This document shows positions 27,966 through 37,354 of a stretch of 64,000 bases of DNA, piece after piece. The stretch is taken from positions 1,472,001-1,536,000 of the forward strand of contig CBDCNQ010000005.1 of NCBI GenBank assembly GCA_965219445.1. The letters run 5' to 3'. The notes beneath the pieces are model-generated. The model ran no database searches and was not told where the DNA came from. It saw only the letters and a list, made by a program, of their open reading frames with translations. The DNA comes from Longimicrobiales bacterium. Lineage in GTDB: Bacteria; Gemmatimonadota; Gemmatimonadetes; Longimicrobiales; Gaopeijiaceae. How positions within the stretch are numbered: position 1 is the first letter of the stretch; every line of letters starts with the position of its first letter. Position numbers and translations under genes: made by a program.

Positions 27966-28449
27966 TACTTTGCGGGTTCGAGGAACGATTTATTGGGCGA
28001 GTCCGAGCAACGACCATTCCGGCCACTCGAACTTGGCCCCACTCCACCGTTCATCGTTCCGGCATTCATGGCCGGCAGAACCGCAGCCCCCTTTGCGTGG
28101 GTTCTCCCTCTCATCTGTTTCCGAGTCGAAATTTTCCTGGACACATCCCTCCTGCGCACGAGTATTCTCGTCCTGAGGGGGGAAATTGAGGCACTTGATA
28201 TGAAGGCCAAAGGCGACGCCTGTCAAGGATTTCATTTTTTTCGCAAACATTTGACGTCAACGGGAGCCGTCATCGCTCTAAGTTGGTTCAGGGATGTAAC
28301 CTTAGGAAAGTGTCCAAAATAGGAAACACTTGGAGTTGGGTTCTGACCGGGTCAGCCACCCAGCGATCTGGACACAGCCTCGGGCCTCAGTATAGACTAC
28401 ACGATACGGGTGAACACCTAGAAGCTCGCCTCAACAGGACCCCGAAACC

Positions 28450-29161
28450 ATGGTGAAATCCGGCGGTGCGGCCGCACTCGTCTTCGTTCTCTCCCTCCTT
28501 CTCGGTGGCTGCGCCTCGGGTGGCTCGATCCCGGTTGTGGACGTCGTGAATCTTCCATCGGTGACGCGAACGGGTATTCAGCCGGGGCGACCAGGTGAGC
28601 ATCGCCTTCTACACGGCGGCGGGAACAAGACTGGACGAGGTCTCCGGTGAGCGCACGGTGGATCCCAACGGCGAGCTCTTTCTTCCCTTTCTCGGTACCG
28701 TCTCGGTACTCGGGATGGAGTCGGCCGACATCCGGAAGCTCCTGGAGGAGCGGTATGGAGCCCTCTATTCGAGTCCGGTCGTCGAGGTGGTCACACAGGT
28801 GAATGTGAACATCACGGGCGCGGTCCGGATTCCAGGCCAGTATTTCGTCTCGCCTTCGGCGACGTTGGTCGATGCCCTGGCTCTCGCCGGGGGAGCAACG
28901 TCCGAGCTCGACTTCTCACTGCAGGGTGGAGCGTCCGATCCGAGCCAAGTGCGCCTCGTCCGCGACGGCGTCGGCACGGTGCTCGACCTGCGTCCCCTCG
29001 ACGTACGCCCCGAGGTGATCGACCTCCTGGTCCAGTCGGGTGACTGGCTCTACGTGCCCAGAGCTCAGAGCTCCCAACTCAGACAGGATGTTTCCTTCTG
29101 GGGGAGTGTGCTCAGCACCCTCTTCACTGGGGTATCCCTCGTCATCCTGATCGCCCGGTAG
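28450..29161 (+). CDS. Polysaccharide export (Wza/SLBB) lipoprotein, +1 frameshift in the G run at 28584-28587
   Basis: Lipobox LGGC; IQPG|DQVSIAF; VDPNGELFLPFLG; GAVRIPGQY..TLVDALALAGG; LVQSGDWLYVP. Confidence 0.85.
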
Positions 29162-29176
29162 ATCCCTGCGAAGTCC

Positions 29177-29204
29177 TTGACACCCCCCGGCTCAGCGGTA
29201 GAGT
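29177..29204 (+). promoter_or_regulatory. Probable tRNA promoter
   Basis: TTGACA-N16-TAGAGT. Confidence 0.5.
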
Positions 29205-29236
29205 ATTTCTGTCGATGCACGCCTGGTAAGAACCGA

Positions 29237-29309
29237 TCCCGCGTAGCTCAGTTGGTAGAGCAGACGGCTGTTAACCGTCTTGTCGCTGGTTCGAGTCCAG
29301 CCGCGGGAG
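29237..29309 (+). tRNA. tRNA-Asn (GTT), CCA not encoded
   Basis: Acceptor stem TCCCGCG/CGCGGGA, D arm AGCTCAGTTGGTAGAGC, anticodon arm GACGG-CTGTTAA-CCGTC, T loop GGTTCGAGTCC. Confidence 0.97.
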
Positions 29310-29546
29310 TTTTCTTGGAGACGGTCCGGCACCTCCCCCCAGGGGGTCGGGCCCTTTCGCTATCGCGCTTCTCTCAGGTGGTCGCTCCGGGGCCGACCCC
29401 GGTTCCCGCCTGGACCTGACCGCCCGTTCTTTTAGCTTCAGGGTTTGCCCCTCATCAGCGGGCGCCGACCCGAGATCGTTCTTGGAACGAAGGCTGGGCG
29501 ACGGAAATTGGGGCTGGACCAAAAGGCATCTTGGATGGAGGGCTCG

Positions 29547-30899
29547 ATGGGCGAGAAAAAAGCGGACGGTACCAGCCAAAGCAGCATGTTCCACGACAGG
29601 TCCGGCAAGCAACTCCCGCTCGCCATGCAGTACGACTACACCAACTTCTACTTCGGGGCGGGGGAGGATGCCTTCGCCATGCTCGACCCCTTCGACGAAT
29701 GGTGGAAGGACTCCGAGCCGTCCGGCTACTACCTGTACGGCCTTCCCATGCAGGGTGCGCCCACCACGCGAGTCGACGTGCGTGACACCAAGACGGGTGA
29801 GGTCCACACCGACCTCCTCAACTTCGCCTCCTACAACTACCTGGGCCTGTCGTACCGGTCCGAGGTCAAGGAGGCCGTGGTCGAGGCAGCGAGTCGCTAC
29901 GGCAACGGTGCGTCTGGATCCCCCATCCTCAGTGGATCGCTGGAGGTGCACCACGAGCTCGCCGACCGCCTGGCCGAGTTCAAGGGCAAGGAGGCCGTCC
30001 TACTCTTCCCGACCGGCTACAGCGTAAACGTCGGGGTCATCGCCGGACTCATGCGCTCGGGCGACCTCTGTGTCGCCGACCAGTACGCCCACGCCAGCTT
30101 GGTCGACGGCATGATCCTCTCGAAGGCCAACAGCCGCTTTTTCCGGCATAACAAGGTCGATGACCTCGAGCGCAAGCTGAAGCGATACGAGGGCAAGAAG
30201 CTGGTCATGATCGAGGGCGTCTACTCGATGGACGGCGACGTTGCGCTCGTGCCCGACATCGTGGAGGTCTGTCAGCGCTACGGGGCCCGCATTCTGATCG
30301 ACGAGGCACACTCCACCTTCATCTATGGAGAAAACGGTCGTGGCGTGGCCGAGCACTTCGGGCATGATGACGAGATCGACATACACGTCGGTACGTTCTC
30401 CAAGAGCCTGGGTGGCCAGGGCGGATTCGTCGCCGGGTCTCAGAAGTTGATCAATTATCTCCGCGGATTTTCGCGGTCCCGAACCTTCTCTTGTGGGCTA
30501 TCACCTGTTGTGGCCGCGGGAATCTTGAAGGCGCTGGAACTTTTCTTGGAGGAACCCGAGCTGAGGACCAAACTCTGGGACAACGTCGAGTTCATGCAGA
30601 AACGCCTTCGCGACTCCGGCGTCTCGGTTGGAGACTCCGAGTCGCAGGTGATTCCGATTATGATACGGGATGACGCGCGAGTCTTCCAAATCGGTGAGGC
30701 ACTCATGCACGAGGGGGTTTACCTGAACCCGGTCAAGTATCCCGCCGTGGGGAAGCACAAATCTCGCTTCCGGATGTCGATCTCCGCCGCTCACTCCCGT
30801 GAGGAACTGGAAGAAGGAGCTCGGATCATCACAAGCGTACTGCAAAGGTATGGCATATGCCCGACGGCCGAGGCCGCTATTACTTCAACCATGGGCTGA
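29547..30899 (+). CDS. PLP-dependent alpha-oxoamine synthase, serine palmitoyltransferase-like
   Basis: LNFASYNYLGL, HASLVDG, FRHN, EGVYSMDGD, DEAH, GTFSKSLG. Confidence 0.85.
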   Translation: MGEKKADGTSQSSMFHDRSGKQLPLAMQYDYTNFYFGAGEDAFAMLDPFDEWWKDSEPSGYYLYGLPMQGAPTTRVDVRDTKTGEVHTDLLNFASYNYLGLSYRSEVKEAVVEAASRYGNGASGSPILSGSLEVHHELADRLAEFKGKEAVLLFPTGYSVNVGVIAGLMRSGDLCVADQYAHASLVDGMILSKANSRFFRHNKVDDLERKLKRYEGKKLVMIEGVYSMDGDVALVPDIVEVCQRYGARILIDEAHSTFIYGENGRGVAEHFGHDDEIDIHVGTFSKSLGGQGGFVAGSQKLINYLRGFSRSRTFSCGLSPVVAAGILKALELFLEEPELRTKLWDNVEFMQKRLRDSGVSVGDSESQVIPIMIRDDARVFQIGEALMHEGVYLNPVKYPAVGKHKSRFRMSISAAHSREELEEGARIITSVLQRYGICPTAEAAITSTMG

Positions 30900-31528
30900 G
30901 CTGCCTCTTTGAGATGCCGACGTCCGATGCACGGCGGCTGGTCGCATCGGACCTCCAACCCCTCGAAGTCCAGCACGAGCGCAGCGTTCTCTCGGTCACC
31001 GTGTTCGACTTTTACGAGGGCGACGCCGGTGCATTCCAGGAAGTGGTGCTCTCCGTGCTGGTGCCACCACTCGTGAAGCCCGGTGATCCACTTCCAAAAG
31101 CCGCCCTTTACCCCTTCCTCGTAGCCACGAGTACGGAGACGGGCCGCAGGGAAGGCGTCGACCGCTGGAAGTTGCCGCACCTCGAACGAGACGTCGAGGT
31201 CACGTTTACCGAGGCCGAGGGTCACATCTGTGCCACCACGAGCGTCGATGGAGAGCCGATCTTCCAGCTGACGGGCACGAGTCATCTTTTCGAGCCCGCT
31301 GAGCTGCTCTTTCACACCTTCGTGTCCGACGCCGGGGGGGTCTATAAGTCGGACATCACCTTGCTCGGCGAGAGCTACAGTGAACACGAGTTCGAGACGG
31401 GCTCACTCGTGATCCATCCACACGAGTTGACCGCGGGTCTGACCATAGACGAGATCGCGAGAGCCCCCTTTCGGGAGCAGTGGATGAAGAAGGGTGTGGA
31501 GGTCTTCGCCCCCCTCGAAGCCATCTGA
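30857..31528 (+). CDS. Acetoacetate decarboxylase-like fold protein
   Basis: ARRLV..LQPLE..SVLSVTVFDF..GAFQEVVLSVLV..GRREGVDRWKLPH. Confidence 0.65.
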   Translation: MPDGRGRYYFNHGLSCLFEMPTSDARRLVASDLQPLEVQHERSVLSVTVFDFYEGDAGAFQEVVLSVLVPPLVKPGDPLPKAALYPFLVATSTETGRREGVDRWKLPHLERDVEVTFTEAEGHICATTSVDGEPIFQLTGTSHLFEPAELLFHTFVSDAGGVYKSDITLLGESYSEHEFETGSLVIHPHELTAGLTIDEIARAPFREQWMKKGVEVFAPLEAI

Positions 31529-31561
31529 AGACGACCCCGCACGGGAAGTCCCATCTGAGCC

Positions 31562-32530
31562 ATGCCACCCGACGCGATATCCCCCGATGACCGCCGTGTC
31601 TTTGTCATCTTCAATCCGGCGTCGGGGCGAGGCCGCGGTGCACGCAGGATCGGGCGACACCTTTCACTCCTCGGGAAACACCTACCCGGCTTTACGCACG
31701 CGGGCACATCGCGCCCCGGCGAGGAGGGTATTCTCGCGGAGCAGGCGATCGCCGACGGGTTCAACCTCATCGTCGCCGCAGGTGGGGACGGGACCTGGAG
31801 TAACGTCGCGGACCGGATCGTGTCGTCGCCCACGGAGAACGTGGCGCTGGGCCTTCTCGCTTCCGGCACCGGAAACGATTTCGCACGCAATTTCGGCGTT
31901 TCGATGCGTAAGCCCGACGTGGCCGTCCGGATGCTGGCGAGGGGAGTCGTCCGTAGCGTCGACGTGGGCAGGGTCGTCACGAGTGGGACACCGGTGGGGG
32001 ATCAGGGCTCACTCGCTGCCTCGGAGGGGCGCCACTTCCTCAATTTGGTTGGATTCGGATTCGACGTCGCGGTCATCGAAGACACGGCTGGTGCCCGATT
32101 CCTGAGAGGAGAGTTGTTGTACAAGCTGACTGCCTTGAAGAATCTCTTTTTCTATTCCGGGGTCCCGTTGGTGCTTGAGAGTGATGGACCCCCGGTGGAC
32201 GGCGAGCAGCTCATGCTCACGATCTCGAACGCGCCCTTCTTCGGAGGCGGTTTCCTGATCGCTCCGGAGGCCGGACTGACCGACGGGCTGTTGCACGCAT
32301 GTGCCATCGGTAACACGGGGGCCTTCACCCGACTGCGTCTCTTCAACTCGGCGCCCAAGGGGCTGCACGTCCGCTCCCCACAGGTCCAGATGCGCGAGAG
32401 CGGCCGCTTTTCAGCCCGCTTCGCCGCGCCACCGAAGTACGAAGTCGATGGGGAGCTCTGGCAGGCCGAGGGAGCCGAGGTGATCGTTGAGACCGTTCCT
32501 CGGGCACTCCAGGTGGTGGTCCCAGACTGA
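31562..32530 (+). CDS. Diacylglycerol/sphingosine kinase family lipid kinase
   Basis: IFNPASGRG, AGGDGT, GTGNDFARN, GFGFD, FGGG, VDGE. Confidence 0.92.
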   Translation: MPPDAISPDDRRVFVIFNPASGRGRGARRIGRHLSLLGKHLPGFTHAGTSRPGEEGILAEQAIADGFNLIVAAGGDGTWSNVADRIVSSPTENVALGLLASGTGNDFARNFGVSMRKPDVAVRMLARGVVRSVDVGRVVTSGTPVGDQGSLAASEGRHFLNLVGFGFDVAVIEDTAGARFLRGELLYKLTALKNLFFYSGVPLVLESDGPPVDGEQLMLTISNAPFFGGGFLIAPEAGLTDGLLHACAIGNTGAFTRLRLFNSAPKGLHVRSPQVQMRESGRFSARFAAPPKYEVDGELWQAEGAEVIVETVPRALQVVVPD

Positions 32531-32569
32531 CGTCTCAGGGTCTCTCGGCCACGCCGAGACACGACCGAT

Positions 32570-33244
32570 CTACGCCGATATGCCGTCCGCGGTAAGGCTG
32601 CCCGCGACGAGTATCCAGCGCTCGTCGGCCAGGAGCTCGGCGTCATGCTCGTCGTGGCTCACGAGAACGATAGGCGTCCCGTTGTCACGGGCGAACGCGC
32701 GTACCATGGCAGCGATCTCCGAACGAAGGGGCCGGTCGAGCGCCGAGAACGGCTCGTCGAGAAGCAGCATCCGGGGGACCGACAGAAGAGCCCGACCCAA
32801 CGCCACCCTCTGGCGTTCGCCTCCGGAGAGAAACCGGGGACGCCGGTCGAGCAAGTCGGAGAGAAACAACGACTCGGCGATTCTCTCCACGTCTGCGTGG
32901 CCGGCTCCGGCGTAGGCGAGATTTTCTCTGAGTGAAAGGTGAGGGAAAAGCAGGGCGTCCTGCGGCACCCATCCGATCCTCCGCTCCCATGCCGGCGTGT
33001 AGACCCCGGAGTCAGAGTCGAGCCAGACCTCGTCGCCGAAGCTCACGCGGCCCTCTGCGCCGGGTTCGAGTCCGGCCAACGCCCGCAGCAGCGTACTCTT
33101 GCCCGACCCCGATGGACCCACGATCGCGACGCGGTCGCTCTCGGGTCGCCAGTCGACGTCCAGCTCGATGGCGTCGAGGGGAACACGCACCCGTACGTGA
33201 AGCCCCCACGCCTCCACCTCCACCGTGCTCCCCTCAGCAGCCAT
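32570..33244 (-). CDS. modC: Molybdate ABC transporter ATP-binding subunit
   Basis: GPSGSGKS, LSGGERQRVALGR, LLLDEPF. Confidence 0.9.
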   Translation of the reverse strand: MAAEGSTVEVEAWGLHVRVRVPLDAIELDVDWRPESDRVAIVGPSGSGKSTLLRALAGLEPGAEGRVSFGDEVWLDSDSGVYTPAWERRIGWVPQDALLFPHLSLRENLAYAGAGHADVERIAESLFLSDLLDRRPRFLSGGERQRVALGRALLSVPRMLLLDEPFSALDRPLRSEIAAMVRAFARDNGTPIVLVSHDEHDAELLADERWILVAGSLTADGISA

Positions 33245-33268
33245 GGGTGCTCTCCTCAGCGGCCATGG
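33225..33268 (-). repeat. 22-bp tandem duplication of the modC start region
   Basis: gtgctcccctcagcagccatgg / gtgctctcctcagcggccatgg. Confidence 0.8.
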
Positions 33269-34839
33269 TGGTCTTCTATTCTGCGGCGCTGCCACCTCGT
33301 CAGCCTCTCGAATCCGAGGAGGGCAATCAGCGAAAGCATCACGCTGGCGATCACCAGAATCCAGGTGGCCCCCCGGCCCGAGGGTGACTCGAGCAATGAG
33401 TAGACCGCAAGGGCGATCGTGCGGGTCTCTCCCTCCATGTTTCCAGCGAGCACCACGGTCGCACCGAACTCCCCCAACGCACGAGCGAACGCGAGAACGG
33501 CTCCGGCCGCGATCCCAGGGAGAGCCAGCGGAAGGGAGATGCGACGGAATGTGGGTGCCTTCGGCACGCCCAGCGTCCAAGAGACCTCCTCGAATCGTCG
33601 GTCCACGGTATCGAACACGGCCCGGATCGCCATGACGTACAAAGGGAAGCCCACGACCAGCGCCGCCAAAGTCGCTCCCAACAGCGTGAACGGAATCGGC
33701 AAGCCCACCGCAGCGAGCAACCCTCCGAGGGCGGACTCCCGGCCCAGCACGCTCAGGAGCAGGAAGCCGGTGACCACGGGAGGGACCACCAAGGGCGCCA
33801 TGACGATCATCGAAACGAAGCTCTTCCCAAGGAAGTCCCGGCGGGCCAGCAACCAGCCCATCGCGACCGCCGGAACCAGCCCCAGGACGACGGCGCTGAA
33901 CGCGACGATTAGTGACAAGCGGACCGCCGACCACGGATCCAACCCCGTTGACGCATTCAAGGGGGGAGCAATGGTCTGCGCCACCGCCCCGCCGGCACTC
34001 GCTGTCCCGAACCCCGATGCTGAAAGCACGGCCGTTGCCTCCGCGCCACCCAGGAAATCGAGGAAGGCCTCTGCAGCCTCGCGGAATTCGGTCCGGGCCG
34101 CGACGGCCCCCGAATACGTGGGCGTAGGAAAGTCCCCACCCTCAAACGCGAAGGCCAGACTCACACGGTCCTCCGCCAACGCGTCCGAGCGATACACGAT
34201 GCCACCGTCCGCCTCGGCCCTTGCCACCCACTCCAGCGTCCCACGGACGCTGCCGCCGCGAATGACGCGCGGCTCGACCGAGCTCCAGGCGCCTACGCTC
34301 TCGAGCGCCGCCCTGGCGTATCGGCCCGCCGGGACGTTCTCTCCGGCCAGGGCGATCCGAGCGAAATCCGCGCGCGCTAAGGAACCGGGGTCGCCGGGCG
34401 GATCAGGCGAGCCCGTGGGCACCACGAACACGAGCTGATTCGTCGCCATACTTCGAATGGAGGTGCCGTCTACGCCACCCCGCTCGTCGAGCCATCGCAT
34501 CCATGAGTCGTCGGCCGAAATGAAAACATCGGCCGGAGCACCCCTGAGAACCTGTGGTGCCAGGCGCGAAGTCGCGTCGAAGCCGAAGCGTACCGGGACC
34601 CCTCCCTGAGCGTCCCAGGCTCGGGCTATGACGGGCAACACGTCCTGGAGACTGGATGCCGCCAGCACAACCAACGCCTCCGGTGTTTGCTCGGTCGCCT
34701 GTTCCGGCCTCCGGTCGGTCAAGGCGACTGGCCCAACCGGCTCGGTCCCTGGCACACCATTTGCACTGTTTGGCTGCGGCACGAACAACTGGACAGCAGC
34801 GACAAAGATGAGCCATTCTGTAGATAGGAGAACTGGCAA
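33256..34839 (-). CDS. Fused molybdate-binding protein ModA + permease ModB
   Basis: AASSL..ADVFISAD..VPAGRYA..GIVYRSDA, then in frame APLVVPPVVTG..FARALGEFGAT; start uncertain. Confidence 0.88.
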   Translation of the reverse strand: MPVLLSTEWLIFVAAVQLFVPQPNSANGVPGTEPVGPVALTDRRPEQATEQTPEALVVLAASSLQDVLPVIARAWDAQGGVPVRFGFDATSRLAPQVLRGAPADVFISADDSWMRWLDERGGVDGTSIRSMATNQLVFVVPTGSPDPPGDPGSLARADFARIALAGENVPAGRYARAALESVGAWSSVEPRVIRGGSVRGTLEWVARAEADGGIVYRSDALAEDRVSLAFAFEGGDFPTPTYSGAVAARTEFREAAEAFLDFLGGAEATAVLSASGFGTASAGGAVAQTIAPPLNASTGLDPWSAVRLSLIVAFSAVVLGLVPAVAMGWLLARRDFLGKSFVSMIVMAPLVVPPVVTGFLLLSVLGRESALGGLLAAVGLPIPFTLLGATLAALVVGFPLYVMAIRAVFDTVDRRFEEVSWTLGVPKAPTFRRISLPLALPGIAAGAVLAFARALGEFGATVVLAGNMEGETRTIALAVYSLLESPSGRGATWILVIASVMLSLIALLGFERLTRWQRRRIEDHHGR

Positions 34840-35026
34840 GCGACGACCCGCTCTTAGGTCCCCTGCGGGGCCATTCTAACGGGCCCACGGAAGGGGAGTT
34901 ATTGATCCCTGGAAGTCGCCCAGGTTAGGTACCCGCCCGAATGCCGGCAAGGATGTCGGCCGGGCGCGCATACACGGGAATACTAGAGATGGAAGCCAGC
35001 TTGAGGCAGATCAGACCCGGTTTGGC

Positions 35027-36817
35027 ATGACACCAGCTCTTATCATCACTGCGTTCGCCTTGGTCCTGGCCGCCGGATGGGCTCTTTTGCGCTCCCGCAA
35101 GAAACCCACCACGGAGGGCGCAGCTATGCGTGGAGCCCATCCCCTGCTGGATCATTCACCGGTGGGCGCGCTCCTCCTCGACCCCTCACTTCGCATCACC
35201 TGGGCCAACGAGGCGTTTTGCGTTCTTTTCGGCCTGATTGACAGCGACTTGATCGGGCGCGAGCTGTCGGAGGTCGTTGAGCAGGAGCTGAAGGGCTTGG
35301 TCGAGGAGCCGGACGCGGTTGAGGCGGGCCTGTTGGAAGCACACGGGTCCGCGGCAACGGCCTCTCCCTTCGAGTTCTACGTCCGGGCACGGGACGATCG
35401 GGGTGAGCGCTGGATCGAACACACATGCCAACTGATCCAGCAGAAGCCACTCGCCGGCGGCCATGTCGCTTATTTCGTGGACGTCACGCCCAGGGACAAC
35501 CTCGGCCCCGCTCAACAGACCCGGAACGCCCACCTCCTCGAGCTCGACCAGATTCTGCTCACCCTGGCTCGCAGGAGCGGCCGCGACCCTGCAGATGAAC
35601 CGTCCGTGCTGCGCGCCGTCGCAGAGTCGGCTACCCCCGCATGGACGCGCGACCGATGGGAGCTCTGGTCTCTCAGTGAGGACCGGGCCCGATGGACGCT
35701 CGACTATTTGAACTACGCGACGCAAAGACAGAGGGATGCGACGACACCAGCGATCTCAGTGACGCAGACGGGCCCGTATCTTCGAAAGCTCGAGCAGGTC
35801 CGTGTGTTGATCACCCCGGACGTCCTGAGTGACTCTGATGGTCCTGTCCTCTTGGGCCAGGGGACGATCGCGCCCGACGCCGCGAGTCGCTTGGATGTCC
35901 CCATCCGGGTCCGCGGGAAAGTGGTCGGCGCGTTCGTCATCGCCCATCACGCGGCTCGCCCCTGGACACTGGACGAAAGTCGCTTCGCCGCCTCGATCGG
36001 AGACCATATGTCCTTCATCGTGGAAACTGGGCGAGCGAGGGAGGCGGTGGGTGAGTTGAAGGTCCAGGTGCCCACCTCGTTCCCACCTGAAGCATCCAGC
36101 AAGATCGATGGTTTCGTCAATCTCGATGAGAACCTCTGTTTCACGTTCCTCAATCCGGCAGTCCTTCAGTGGCTCGAGGAGCGGGAGATAGATGGCGGCG
36201 CCCTTGTAGGCTGTACCCTCGACGAGTCGATGAAGGGTGTCAGGGACAGGTCGATTGTTGCCGAGGTTCGTAAGGCGGCACGTGGCGGGGGGCCCGCTCG
36301 GCTCCGCCGGCAGTTGGACCGCGACGGGCCGTGGCTCGACCTGTATGTCAATCCCTCGGCGACGGGTGTGTCCGTCACGATCCAAAACAGGGCGCGCCGG
36401 AAGGAAAGGGAATCCGAGCGGTCCTTACTCGATTCGGAGACTCGCTTCCGGTCGGTAGTCGAATCGCTGCGTGAGGGGTTGGTCATCACCGACCTAGACG
36501 ACCGCATCGTGTACGTGAACTCCCGCATCACCGACCTGACGGGCCACCGCCCCGAAGAGCTGGACGGAAAGCAAGCCCAGGATCTGCTGTTCGATACCGC
36601 GAACTGGAAAGATCGTGATTCTCGGATGATGGCTCGGCGAGAGAGGAAGCGCACTCGGTACGACGCTCCGCTTCTCGATAAGGACGGCAAGGTTGTTTCG
36701 GTAGAAGTGATCTCCACGCCTCTCCGGGATGCGGACGGCGCCGTGACGGGCGTCGTCGACGCGATCACCGCCGTGGAGAGCCAAGAGGGATTGCGGACCG
36801 CGACTCTCGCGACCTGA
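35027..36817 (+). CDS. TM-PAS-GAF-PAS-PAS sensor without recognisable output domain
   Basis: N-terminal TM; WANEAF PAS; LDVPIRVRGKVVG GAF; RFRSVVESL..YVNSR..DITA PAS; ends at TGA 36815-36817. Confidence 0.85.
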   Translation: MTPALIITAFALVLAAGWALLRSRKKPTTEGAAMRGAHPLLDHSPVGALLLDPSLRITWANEAFCVLFGLIDSDLIGRELSEVVEQELKGLVEEPDAVEAGLLEAHGSAATASPFEFYVRARDDRGERWIEHTCQLIQQKPLAGGHVAYFVDVTPRDNLGPAQQTRNAHLLELDQILLTLARRSGRDPADEPSVLRAVAESATPAWTRDRWELWSLSEDRARWTLDYLNYATQRQRDATTPAISVTQTGPYLRKLEQVRVLITPDVLSDSDGPVLLGQGTIAPDAASRLDVPIRVRGKVVGAFVIAHHAARPWTLDESRFAASIGDHMSFIVETGRAREAVGELKVQVPTSFPPEASSKIDGFVNLDENLCFTFLNPAVLQWLEEREIDGGALVGCTLDESMKGVRDRSIVAEVRKAARGGGPARLRRQLDRDGPWLDLYVNPSATGVSVTIQNRARRKERESERSLLDSETRFRSVVESLREGLVITDLDDRIVYVNSRITDLTGHRPEELDGKQAQDLLFDTANWKDRDSRMMARRERKRTRYDAPLLDKDGKVVSVEVISTPLRDADGAVTGVVDAITAVESQEGLRTATLAT

Positions 36818-36829
36818 GGGCGAAGGAAA

Positions 36830-37261
36830 CTGAGCGTCGCCGAGGTCGTAATCGAGGCACGCGCCTACGAGCTGGACTCCTTCGGACACGTCAATCACGC
36901 CGTTTATCTCAACTATTTCGAGCAAGCCCGCTTCGGGGCCCTGGCCCGTTGTGGCTTTACGTATGACGTACTCGCGCAACGGGGATGGGCGATCCATGTT
37001 GTGCGCATCGAGGTGGACTACCTGAGCGCGGTGCTTCTTGGAGACCGGCTGCGGATCAGAACCTGGACGGAGGAGTTCCGCCGCACGAGCATGGTCATGC
37101 TCCAGGAGGCCCGGCGAGACCCCCGAGCAGGCGAGTCCGATTCAACGCCGGTGGCGCGAGCTCGCGTCGTGGCCGTGTGGATCGGGGAGAGCCGCCGTCC
37201 GATTCGGGTTCCCACGGAGGTCCGTGATGGGCTCGGAAACCTCGAGGCACCTCAAGCCTGA
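36830..37261 (+). CDS. Acyl-CoA thioesterase (4HBT/YbgC hot-dog fold), apparent CTG start
   Basis: Manual translation: (L)SVAEVVIEARAYELDSFGHVNHAVYLNYFEQARF..IEVDY; no ATG/GTG/TTG in frame before the catalytic motif. Confidence 0.85.
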   Translation: MSVAEVVIEARAYELDSFGHVNHAVYLNYFEQARFGALARCGFTYDVLAQRGWAIHVVRIEVDYLSAVLLGDRLRIRTWTEEFRRTSMVMLQEARRDPRAGESDSTPVARARVVAVWIGESRRPIRVPTEVRDGLGNLEAPQA

Positions 37262-37354
37262 GGGTGTGATCACGCGCTGGACGTAGCTGATTGCACGACG
37301 GCTAGAACGAAATGGCATGATGGATCTAGCTAGATGAAAGAGGCGAAGAACGAG

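Noticed and set aside
27990..28150. c-di-GMP-I riboswitch (GGAAA..CGCAAAG words)
   Set aside because: I could not build the two-stem GEMM structure; an Rfam scan would settle it.
27965..28250. Short ORFs 27965-28210 and 27990-28250
   Set aside because: No recognisable motifs. The TAGTG overlap with the next gene is noted but is not enough support.
29237..29360. tRNA-Asn as an island integration site
   Set aside because: No integrase and no duplicated tRNA 3' end seen in the window.
36815..36817. Selenocysteine at the PAS-sensor TGA
   Set aside because: No Cys/redox context and no hairpin at SECIS spacing; a CTG start is simpler.
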